Below are positions 26,201-38,000 of a stretch of 64,000 nucleotides of DNA, piece by piece. The number at the start of each line of letters is the position of its first letter. The stretch's first letter is position 1. The stretch covers positions 9,061,451 through 9,125,450 of the forward strand of contig NW_026943824.1 in NCBI RefSeq assembly GCF_035594765.1, given 5' to 3'. The translations under genes were made by a program, and so were the position numbers. The notes beneath the pieces were generated by a model. The model saw only the letters and a list, made by a program, of their open reading frames with translations, did not search any database and was not told where the DNA came from. This DNA is from Anolis carolinensis (taxonomy: Eukaryota).

Positions 26201-28763
26201 GGACTTGTGGGATTTGAAGGTCTGAACAACGACTGGAGGACCACAGGTCCTATTTCCCTGTTATCGACTGACCAAATCTTATTCCAAAGAGTGAGACTGA
26301 CTGTTATTTCAAAATGTCTTCTTGAGTGAGTATACGTTACACATTATTGGGACAGGTGAATTATGGGGTGCTCAAAGATGATCTTCTTGATTTTCCTGGA
26401 ATTCTCCGGGAAATATAATTGGTGGCTATGTTAGTTTGGAATTTTGGGAATTGTGATCCTAAGGTCCCTTTTATGGAGCTCTTCTGATGTGGGGTAAAGC
26501 ATCTGCCTACATTGACAGTTGGTTTATCTGATCAGGTGGGATTTCCTGTGCCTTTTGCATGTTTGTCCCATTAACTTGAAATCTACAGAGTCTGTTTGGT
26601 TGATTGTGTTTCATTGGTTTCTAGTCTTTCAGTGTTATGATGCATAATTGTTTGATTTATTAGTAATTGCTTGCAACTTTGATTCATATTTTAGTTGTGT
26701 AAATTACTCCGCAGGGCACTTGCTGTTTGAGTGGTGTACAGACGTAACAAAATTATGTAATAAACCAACAAACCTGTCAGAGATCGAGTGTTGATTGATT
26801 GCTCTGATCTCTTGAATAAAAATTGCTTCCAGATCTTCACAATTGCTTAAGGACCTTGAGATTGTTTCCAGATTCCTCTCAGAGGGTTGTTCCACTTCTT
26901 TTCTGAATAATGATCTAGGTTGAAACACCGATTCTACTATGTTGTTTCTGTGACTCACACAAATGTGTAATCTATGCCTTCGAGCAGTGAATTGTTAGGA
27001 ATAGTCTAGATATTTTACTATAGCTTTTTAGTGGTAACTGCACCCACGCTTAGTGCCACTATATAATGCCTTTCCATCTTAAACCTCCAGCATCTTTCCC
27101 CTGCTTTTGCAGCTGCACTGCTAGAAACGCTTTGCAATGACTATAGCCCTTTAACTTTTAGCTTGCCTAGATATGGATTTTCTTTGGCTCTGTTTTTGTC
27201 TTCTTGTTCTGTTTTAGGATGCCTTGGTCTTCCTTTGATTACGGCTTTATGTGAAAGTTTTTGTGGTTCAGCCTGTCTTTGGCTATTGCTTTCCTTAGGT
27301 GTTACTAACTGCAGGAGGGATTGAGCTACTCAGCTGGTCTCCTTCTTGCAGCGGAGCAGTCATATGACAGGCAAAGCACAGACCCAGCTAGCCTTTGCCC
27401 CTGCTCTGGGAATGAGGCAGATTGAGTAGCCATTAAGTCTTTGTAGATCCTCAGTGGGGGGTCTCCAGGTTAAGAATCACTGATTCTAATGGTTTCCAAA
27501 ACTTGGGAGGGAGGTATGGAAAGGTTACAGCGTTGTTGCTTATTCTCTCACTTTGTTTGGCAGTTCTCTCAAGCATATTTTAGAAGAGTTTAGATTTCCG
27601 TTGTGAAATCCAAAATATGCAAGAGCAATCAAAGAGAGAGCATGGTGGCTAGAGCCAGAAGTTCTAACTTGGCAGTAGCTTGATACAACAGTGGTATCTT
27701 TTGTATGCTTTAGTATTGAAATGCATTTATAGCTTTTTAATAGCTTCTGAAGAGGAGGGAGCGAGAATAGTTTTGGTCACGGCAGTAGGCCTTGACAGAT
27801 TCCTATGAATCAACTCCTTTGTAACCTGATGTTATGGAAGAAATTTTAGGAATTTCCTTTTATTCACTATATTGCTTTCTAGGTAGAGCTGAGAAACCTC
27901 AGCTCCAGGTAGGGCTTCCAGGTAAAATGATTTCCCCGCTGGTGGGCGGCACATAAACATGCATAGGATCCATATTGTCTCTATATGCATGGGGGTATAA
28001 TCATGTCCCCCTCCCCAGTTCATGCAGAGGCATATTGATCTTGTGCCCATTTTCCTGGAAATGCATTAGGAGCATTCGACTTGGAAGTGCATTGGGGGCA
28101 GCACAGGGTGAATGTGGGTGTGTAGTCCAGGCAAACCCTGCCCTGTTATGCATCACGCAATGTGAACCACTTCCTTTTGGAGGATTTGGTGGGGAACAGC
28201 CTAGAATGGAAGAGCCAAGAGCCTGTGCTAAGCCTCTATGTAAACTGTCCAAACTGTTGCTTATGATAGCAATCAGGTGAAGGCCACTGCCTTGCATCTG
28301 GAATAGGGCTGAATGCATGAGGCCATTGACCCAGCAGCTTTAGCCAATGGAGAAAAATATTGGGACCTGCTTGAAAAATATGATGGACCTTGAACATTTC
28401 TCTCTAGAAATGTTCTAGGTCCTTCAGGACTACTTTATTGTAACTTCCAGAAGAAGTATACTACGGAATTGCCTGGAGGACTTAGAAAAATTCTCATGAA
28501 GGCATATTTTTGTTGGATGCAGGCACATGAAACTATGGGTGCCTGCTTTGCAGGTATGGGGTAGAACTGTAGTCATCATAAACAGCAGAAGAGTTCGACA
28601 CATTCTCTTTGACTAATCCTTCTCCTAAACCTACTTTCTTCTCCCCGAACCCCTCTCCTAGATTGGTTGACTGCCACTGATGGCATGTTGAGGCCCACTG
28701 AGCAGCGGTGGAGTCGGTGTGTGACCGCAAGAGGCCTGCTCTGACAGCTGGGCACACAACAAT

Positions 28764-31501
28764 ATGGGCCAGTGCGTCACCAAGTGCAAGAATCCCTCAT
28801 CGACCCTGGGCAGCAAAAATGGCGATCGAGAGTCAAGCAGCAAGACTCACGGCAAGCGCAGCACAATCCACAAGGAGGAGCACAGCACTGGCAGCGGGAA
28901 ATCGTCTGGTGACATCCTGGTTAATGGGACTAAGAAGATGGAGGCAGCTGTAGAATCCAGTCAGCTTCCTTCTTCCTCCGGGGATTCCAAAAAAGAACCT
29001 GTTTCCGGCACGGAGGAGTCCTCTCTCCACAGGACCGAGGAATTATTTAGGAGATACAAAGATGAGCGAGAAGATGCCATATTAGAGGAAGGCATGGAGC
29101 GTTTTTGCAATGACCTCTGTGTTGATCCCACCGAATTCAAAGTGCTAGTCCTGGCGTGGAAATTCCAAGCAGCTACCATGTGCAAATTCACAAGGTTAGT
29201 AGTGTGTATACTATTTGGAGATTCTTGTTTGTTAGATGCACCTGTATCACTTTGGATATGGTGTATGTTTTTGAACCACGAGCTAAGAAAATTTAGAACA
29301 ATAAACAAGGCGATGACCTTTCTCTCCAGTACAGAAGACATTTGTAGATTGCTTTTAATGTGTAGGAGGCATTCACAAGCAGTATGCCATTTCTACCAAT
29401 AGAAATGATACTGTACACATCACCATCTTAGAATCCTACTGTTTTGTCTTGAATCCATTGCTCTAGCCAAGCTCACTCTGGAATGATGCAGATTTCCAAG
29501 AAGTCTGTGAAGTTGGACATTTCCCAAAATATTTCTCTTAGAAAAATGTTCTAATGTACTCAGTTGGGACCTGAATCTTCAAAGCTGCTTTTCCCAACAT
29601 ATGATAGAAAAATAAATGAAGTACACTTCAAGTGGTTTGAATATTATATTCAAGCAAATTTGAGGCTTTTCTCTGGTGAAAAAGAATGTTGCTGTCCTCT
29701 TCCCTTCTGCTGATCACAGTGGGGTATCTGTGAAATCTATTATCCACAGTCAGGGGTACTTGTGGGGTACTGGAGGGTGGGCAAGAAGGAGGAAGTGAGG
29801 AGGGCAGGCTGTTTATTTGACCCATCAGACAAGAGAAAGACAGGTGGAATGAGGAAGAATGCAAGAATGCATACCACCTTAATTTTAATGTTTTTAGTCT
29901 AATTTTTAAGAGTTTGAGTTTATTATGTTGTACATGTGTGCATGGTATTATGTTATGTTTATTTAATTTTCTGTTTATAAACTTTATTTAAGTCTGTTTA
30001 CCCATTGTTTGACTTGTTACATGCTCTTTTTGGCATTGAATGATTGCCACTATGTTGTTCCCGCTAGAAACCGCCCTGAGTCCCCCCCGGGGAGATAGGG
30101 CAGGTTATAAATAAAGTATTTATTATTTTTTATTATTATATGAGAGAAATCAACAACTAAGAGAGGAGAGAAGATGCGGAGACTGTGATTGGAAAGAGAA
30201 CTGGGCACGCTATCTTCCCCGCTCCATAACACTTGGAAATTGTATATACAGTAGAGTCTCACTTATCCAACACTCGCTTATCCAACGTTCTGAATTATCC
30301 AACACATTTTTGTAGTCAATGTTTTCAATACATTGAGATATTTTGGTGCTAAATTCGTAAATACAGTAATTACTAAATAGCATTACTGCGTATTGAACTA
30401 CTTTTTCTGTCAAATTTGTTGTTAAACATGATGTTTTGGTGTTTAATTTGTAAAATCATAACCTAATTTGATGTGTAATAGGCTTTTTCTTAATCCCTCC
30501 TTATTATCCAACATATTCGTTTATCCAACGTTCTGCTGGCCCGTTTATGTTGGATAAGTGAGACTCTACTGTATTAGAATATAAGTAATTGTATTGGAAT
30601 TGTAAACATTTTAAAGACTGATTCATGTTTTACATTTATGTCTTTTGCTTTACCTTTTACTGCAAAAAATAAGGACATTCAATATAACTAACATACGCTT
30701 TCTGGGGTGAGGGAAGTTAATTATGGCTTTGCCACTGTCCAACCTTCTTGGCGGTATTGAGTTCAGTTGCTAATGTTACAAAAATGCGTCTTCAAAAATA
30801 GGAATTGTTCTGTCCTGTGTTACCGGCAATGAGACATACTCAGACTCTCTTGGGATTTTTCTATTTTGCTTTAAAAATAAAAGCCAGCACCCCCCTTTTC
30901 TTTCTGACTGTATGCAGCCACAGTAGCGTTTGGGGAAAGGGGAGTGGACAGTTAATGTGCTTGCTGCTTATTTGAAAGACAATAGTGTAACTGGCCTCAC
31001 TTTCTTTCTTTTAACAGGACAGAGTTCTTTGAGGGCTGCAAAGCAATAAATGCAGACAGCATTGATGGGATTTGTGCCCGGTTCCCCAGCCTCTTAAATG
31101 ACGCCAAGCAAGAGGATAAGTTCAAGGATCTCTACCGTTTCACTTTCCAGTTTGGCCTGGACTCCGAGGAGGGGCAGAGGTCGCTGCATCGGGAAATAGC
31201 CATTGCTCTCTGGAGACTGGTCTTCACGCAGAACAAGCCCCCCATCTTGGACCAGTGGTTACACTTCTTGAACGAGAACCCCTCAGGGATCAAGGGAATC
31301 TCCCGGGACACGTGGAACATGTTCCTCAATTTTACTCAGGTCATTGGGCCGGACCTTAGCAATTACAGCGAGGACGAGGCTTGGCCCAGTCTCTTTGACA
31401 CCTTTGTGGAGTGGGAAATGGAGCAGCGGAGGAAGGAAGGCGACACCAAATGCGCGGCAGCTTCACAGACAGCGAATCTGTTTGCGGACCACTGTCCTTA
31501 G
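28764..31501 (+). CDS. DCUN1D3: DCN1-like protein 3 (neddylation co-E3, PONY domain), spliced CDS join(28764..29194,31018..31501), 304 aa
   Basis: N-terminus MGQCVTKC (myristoylation/palmitoylation motif); ELFRRYKDEREDAILEEGMERFCNDL, FKDLYRFTFQFG and DTWNMFLNF...DEAWPSLFDTFVEW. GT-AG phase-2 intron; 915 nt total. The ATG exon starts at the acceptor at 28662. Confidence 0.97.
30249..30571 (+). mobile_element. Tc1/mariner-type MITE, 323 bp, copy 3
   Basis: TIRs cagtagagtctcacttatccaac and TA TSD. Confidence 0.9.
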
Positions 31502-32343
31502 CGCCCTTTGAACTCAACAGCGACCTGCTGCGACCTGTTAATCTTTCATGACCTGTAAGCTCTGGACTCCTCTGGAATTTACAGACGCTCCAGATTTTTC
31601 TACTTTCCACCTTTCTCTGCCTTGTATTTTGAAAGGGCTCTAAAATGCTGTATCCATATTTTAGGCACTTTCTTTCAAATTTGGGGTTATTCCTGTTTCT
31701 TCTTTTCCTGAAATGTTTGACCCTGGCTGCAAGTTCAATGATTTTTGTTTTTCTAAAAAATGATTTGAGATTTGGTATCATCATTACGTCTTGATGTTGG
31801 TTACACAACCTTTTTTTTAAAAGAAAGAATTTGTCTTTGGTTAAATTAACATTGCTAAATTATCCAGTGCCAGATTGAAATTCTGCAAAGTTACATCTTT
31901 TTTTAAAAAAAGTTTTCAGGGCAGGTCTATACTGTGTGTAGTGCTGTTTACATTGTTGCATTTTTTTTTAAAGATTGTGATAATTTTAAAGTTTATACCA
32001 TGAATGAATAACAGTGTTAACTGTTAACTACAAAATGCATTTAATTCCCAGGTAAAGAAGAATTTGAAAGCCAATGAAAGCAGCAGTGTTTTTTTGAGTG
32101 TATGTGTGGCATGGGCAGGTTTTTTAATAGATAAAAAACATTTTTATTTGAAATAATATACTGTACCTGCCAGTCTAAGATCCTTAATAACTTTTTTGAT
32201 TTTATGGCAAAGTCACAGAAGCTGCAAGATTTGATTTGGGAAGGGGTGTTTTCTTTCCAGGACACTGGAATAGGACGCTCCCAAAGTTTGTTGTTTTCAA
32301 CCCTCTTTTAAATAAGAAAACTACTGGCAAAGTGTTCAGTATT

Positions 32344-32515
32344 ACTGGGTTGCTGTGAGCTTTCTGGGCTGTATGGTCAGATAAATTCTGGGCTGTATGT
32401 TCCAGATAAATTCTCTCCTGATGTTTCACCCACATTTATGGCACGCATCCTCAGAGGTTGTGAGATTTGTTGGAAACCAGGCAAGTGGGGCTTATATATC
32501 TGTGGAATGCCCAGG
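32344..32515 (-). mobile_element. Penelope-like pLTR fragment in the presumed DCUN1D3 3' UTR
   Basis: ctgggttgctgtgag...ctctcctgatgtttcacccacatttatggc...ggcttatatatctgtggaatg. Confidence 0.8.
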
Positions 32516-34209
32516 ACAAACCTCACAATCTGGAAAAGGTTGCAGCCTGGGGACATATCTGTAGGCGTTGTTGCCATGTTATGGGGACCTACGGCTGTTG
32601 TGTTGTGACTGCGACGTGGGGAACATGCAAGCCTTTAGTGTTGGAGAAGAACCCCGAAGAGAAGCCTCTTGTCCATGGCATTCTTTCTTTCTCCTGAAGG
32701 AATTTCCAAGGGTCCCCCTGAATAGGATCAATTGGGTTGTTTTGTCAGGACAAAGTCATCTGAATCGCTAGTAAAACCTGAATCCAGTTGAAAATACTTG
32801 AAACACATCCCTTTACACCTGCCCTTTTCAATGCTACCAGAGGTGCTGTTTTGTAAGTGTGGCTTTGTGTTTGAAGGGCCCCTGCTCTTGAATCCAGATA
32901 GGAAATCCTTTATTGTTACAACTACATGTGCGTTTTGTTTAACTTCATCTGTTGATTTTAATTACAGAGGAAGTTTCGTGCCTAAAAGGCGGGGGAGTCT
33001 CCTGTTTTAGTGTGGCGAAACCAGCCTCAGAGGCGCTGAACCCCCTCCAGCTTCATCTTGCCACATATTTAACCGCCTGCTTGAAGGTTTGGCCCAGAGG
33101 CAAACAAGCCTTGGTTATTAAACACATGATGAACGACAGTAATTCGGTGTTTGGGGCTCTTTGTGTAGAGAAGTGCTAGCAAGCCATGTTGGCAGTGGGT
33201 CCAGATCAATGGGAAGGGAAAGTGGCCTTTTAGCTGGCAGTCTGAACTGATCATCCCACTTGAACATGGCAGGAAGATAGCATTTTGAGTTTTATTTCAG
33301 AACATAGCAGCAAGGAGACTATTGCAAACTTCACAGAATCCAGTTTATCCACAGATTGTATACAAAACCATAATTTTGGCTCCCAAACTTGCCCTTGATT
33401 TATACAATATGTATTTACCATTGATTCAGTAAGTCAACTCAGAACCTATAAATGCATTTGGGACACTGTTTGAGTGCCAACATAGCTTGGTCCAAAGTGC
33501 CATCTTAAATGTCCCAATTCCAATAGGTTGTGACAAGCTTCCTTGTGGCAAGTCATTGTATATGTGATGGCCAACTTTTACATAAGTATCTTCCTTGAAG
33601 AGAGAGAAGAAAAAAACAGCAAAAAGAGGTGGTTGTGGGGAGAGGAATCTAGCAGTACCATTACAACTTAACTGATCTATGTTGGCGTAAGCTTTCCTGG
33701 ATAGCAATCCACTTTTTCAGATGCCCTGAAGAGAATGTCCTTAAGGGGGAAATTAGCTCAGCCTGCCCTGCCAAAGCATCTACGTTAAAAAGAGAGAAAA
33801 GGAAACAGCACCACACATTTTGTTGCATTCACTTCATATTAGTCTGTGGCTTCCATTTCTTAATACATAAATTCAGCTTCCAGAGCTTGCCGTTGCCATC
33901 CGTCCCAGTTTCTTTTATAAACAAGATTAATGTCTTCAACGTTGTCCAAAACAAAAGCCTAATTGAGGCCGGGGGGGGGGGGGGGGGGCATGCCAACTTA
34001 GCCTTGGAGCGTATCTCTTTCCGTCTCGCTCTTTTGGCTGCCGCCTTTGCACATGTCCAGGGCTGGGTGCGCCTCGGGCTGTGACCAGACAGGGAGCCTG
34101 GTTGAGCAACTCTTCTTCCAAATGCACAACAGTTGTTCTTTTCTTTGGTATGATATAGCCTTCCCTTTGCCCTGCTGCTCCTCCACTTCTAAAACCTCAG
34201 ACTTTGGGA

Positions 34210-34215
34210 AATAAA
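34210..34215 (+). terminator. Candidate DCUN1D3 poly(A) signal
   Basis: AATAAA about 2.7 kb after the stop codon; not verified. Confidence 0.35.
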
Positions 34216-35063
34216 TAACACTTGTGGAATTTGTGGAGCAATAAGAAAGAAGCAGGGATCTTCCTTGAATTGTGGAAGAAAATGGTTGCCTTGATGGGAA
34301 TGCATTACTCCAGGTGTAATGTCAGGCCAACTTCATATCACATCTAGTTTCATGGCTGAATGGGAAGCTGGATTTAGGTCCTTCTTATTTTGAACTGAGA
34401 CCCAGAATCACAGAATGGAAGGCATGACAAGCGTCATTTAGTCCAACCCTATTCTACTTAAAGACTTCAAAAGATAGGAATCCACCATTCTCAGAGGCAA
34501 TTTGTTAAGCAGTTCTTACAAAAACCTCTCTTGTCTTTCATTGGTATGACCAATGGGTGTGAAAAATCCTTGCCTTCAATTTTGTTGAATTCACTGGAGC
34601 CTTTTTTTTTTTACTGTGAGGATATTTGGTCCTCAGCCGCTCTGAGTCACCTCAGGGAGATAGGACGGGATATAAATAAAGTATTATTATTATTACTGAA
34701 TTTTATCTTGCAGAATCCTTAGATAACTATGTCATTCAAGGGATTTCGGCAGGAAGAGCTTGTGATATCATTGGATACAAGGGAGTCAGTCCTCAACTGG
34801 TGTTCTATCTACCAAACTGCTAAATGTACCTGAATGCTGCTGAACACAACATGTTGGTCAGTTTTAAAAAGAATGGAGAATGTTGTGGTTTTGACCCCTT
34901 TCAAAACTTCCCAACAGTATTTGGCTCTAAACACACTTAGGAAAGAATCCTTTACGGGGTTGACCACTGGATTGATATTTTTAAATGGTTTAATATCTTC
35001 ATATAATTAAAAATATTTGAAACATGATAGGGTTTCACAAAACTTGCCATGTTTTTCCAAGTG

Positions 35064-38000
35064 TCAGCACCAGGCACAAGAGCTAAGAAGTGGATTTTCT
35101 TCTTTGATGCCCAGCAGGGCAAAGCCCGGGTGAGATTCAGAAGGCCTGGAGGGAAAGAAATAAACATATGCATAACTTTTCTTCAAAGGATATGCCAGTT
35201 GTGAAGATTCTGATGGTGAAAGAAAGAAATGAGTGTGCCTTATAATCAAGTTACGCTGAACTACTGAATGCCACAGGGTTCCACCACTACTTAGTTCCTT
35301 CATCTGAAATATAGGCTACTGCAACTGTAGGCAGGATTAATCCAAGCAGTGACATCGGTCACCATGTTTCCATCTGCACCAACTACGCATGGATAAGTGC
35401 AAACAGGACAGACTAGTTAAGAGTTAAAATTAACCTTCATCCCCACTATTAATCTATATGAGTGCAATGGATGTACTGGCATGATTTCAGTTGCTAAAAG
35501 AGAACTGGAAAACCCAGACTGCAATAATTTTTGCTTGTAACCTCTGGCTTTTTTGTAGCAAAAGAACTACGTACTTGGAAGCAACGTGCCCTCAACGCCT
35601 TCAGATCAAAGGATGGAAGCGAAGGCAATTAGAAAGGCCTGCCGTGCCTTACCCCTTGCGCCCAGGTTTCCCCCATGGCTGGTGAAGCGAATGCAGTGGC
35701 TGCATGCGGAGTTTACGCAAAACAGGAGAGAAGACCTTCAGCAACTGCTACGGCCTGTTAAAAGGATTATGGCACGCACACGAAGGTGCAGCCACAGACT
35801 CTTTAAACGCACATGGCATGCGCCGGAGAACAATAACCAAGCCAGTCTAGTCTCTGGGGTCCTCTTCTCCCCCCTTTAAGCCCTTGAAAAATAAAAGGAG
35901 GCCTGGAGCCACATATCCCTTGCATCGAGAAGATACAGAAAAGCCGTAAAGCTTCTCACAATACCATTGAGCGGATTGTCTGCAGCTGTAAGTGTGAGTT
36001 AAGAGCAGCTCCGGAGATGCCAGACAGCTCAACTGATATGAACGCGATCGTATTTGAGGGCTTAATGCAGGCAATGTAGGAAGATTCTATGTTGCCCATT
36101 AGAAGGAAAAAGTATCAGGGCAAGAAATGTGGGATCCCTTTGACCCCTCTTTCTGCAGCTTACACTAAAAAGGGGTGTTTGAAGCTTCCTGTTTATACCT
36201 CCCCCTTTCACTTTTTGTTACTCCTATGGGGTAAAGTTTAGGGCTTTTCTTACTATGTAAGACCATGTATTAGGAATTTAAAACATGTGGACAAAGGGAT
36301 ACAGAGATCGTCAGCTCAAAACGCAGCTAGGGTCATAGGACAAAAATGGCAATTCTTTTCAGAAACCTTAATGGTTCTGAATGTTTAGTGGACAAGCAGA
36401 AGGCTTCCTGCACAATTCCTACACACTTCTTTCTTCTAAGCAGAGTCTCTAATGGTGGCCTTATTGATGTATGAATGCGTTGGACCCTCTCCTGCTCCAT
36501 TAGCAATCAATTCCTGATCAATACTGGAAAAGCTTTTATCTGTTTCCGTCAACTGGATGTTGCCATGACCTTTCCTGAGAGAGCGACATGTCAAATGGGG
36601 CCAAGGTTCATGCTGACCCCATCTGATATGTCCATAAGCAGACTCACTTGATAGCCCAACAGCCCAGTTTGCTTCCTGTTTGCAATTTCACAAGGCAGAC
36701 AACCAGCATCTTTATTATTATATTTTACCTGTTTGAGCCCGGCAATAGAACGATGCAGAGTGTGTGATTTGGCAAGTGCTGGAAAAACTTTTTGATTTTG
36801 CGATCCAATGCTTTCATTTGTTTTTGAACTTCTTGCTCCTGTGTGGGTATAACACAAAGACAAATCAGGAGGGAAAAAGCAATCTAGAATACAGTCTGAA
36901 GCATTGGAGATACAGCAACCTCACTGGCCTTTAGACATCAATATGAAACAATTTTGGGCTACAATTCCCCAAATTCTTAATGAGGCCATGTTGGTTTCTG
37001 AGAGCTGGAACCTGAAATGGATCAAAGATATTCCAGATGATCCAGTGTTCTACTTCTTAAACTGTGGGTCCTTTAGTTCAATGTTGCAAAAGGGACACAG
37101 AAAGAACTTCTTCGAAGACAAATACAGTCTGGCATCCCCTGGGCGACATTTCTTATAAACGGCTAATCTTTCCAACCCAAAAGCATTTCATTATGTACAT
37201 TTTGACACATAATGATGATGATGATGATGATGTTGCCAAAAAAACTGGAAAAGGAACCTAGACATTTACTGTATGGTACATGAATTGGTTAACAAAAATG
37301 TGTAGTTTTTACAGCAGACTTTGCAGAAAATGCTTCAGCTGTACTTCATAACAAATCAGGCTGATTTTCCTTTTTATTAGTAAATATTAGATTTTTATTC
37401 CTGCAGTCTGGGAAACTTCCTTGGGTGGAAAAGTGTGGGAAAAGTGTAAGAAACCCTGATGTAGTGAACTACAGAGGGATAGGGGATGCCCGTCATAAAC
37501 CTCACCAGGGCAAAGGGCGGCTCCACTTCCTGCAGACAAGCCTCAGGGTGTGACGATGGTTCTGCCAACTGGCTGCCCTCTGCACTGATCTTCGATGCCC
37601 ACTGATGCAAGTGGGGAGGGGTCAGGGCCCACCGGCCCCGGAGGTCACTGCCTTGGGCCCCGTGCTCCTCTATGGCTGTTAGCGCATTGGCAGCACTTTG
37701 TGGCGTCTTGAATTCTAAGGAGGAACAAAACAAACAAATGGCTTGCAAACTGCTTCCTCCACAGCATTCAAACAAAAAGCAAAACTAGCCTTCTGATCAG
37801 AAACAGTGCTTCACTTCTTGCTTCATGTTCTTGTTTGTGCCCACAGGATTTACAAAGTGTTACTGCTTTTGTGTTTGGCTTTCCTTGCATTTTGCACCTC
37901 TTGCTCATGCTGTACTTACTCAGAAAACAGTAATTTCGACTTCTGCCTGTCCTGGGATCCCTTGGCAGAAAAACAGAAGCTAAGTCTTTCAAATATCCCA

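Noticed and set aside
29195-29402. C-terminal extension of the 212-aa DCUN1D3 ORF
   Set aside because: It is read-through into the intron past the AG|gttagt donor; homology resumes at 31018
35847-35930. Alternative REXO5 last exon (PGLLLFFKGLKGGEEDPRD*)
   Set aside because: Exon 35064-35145 has a clear polypyrimidine acceptor, the correct phase and a better match to the orthologue C-terminus
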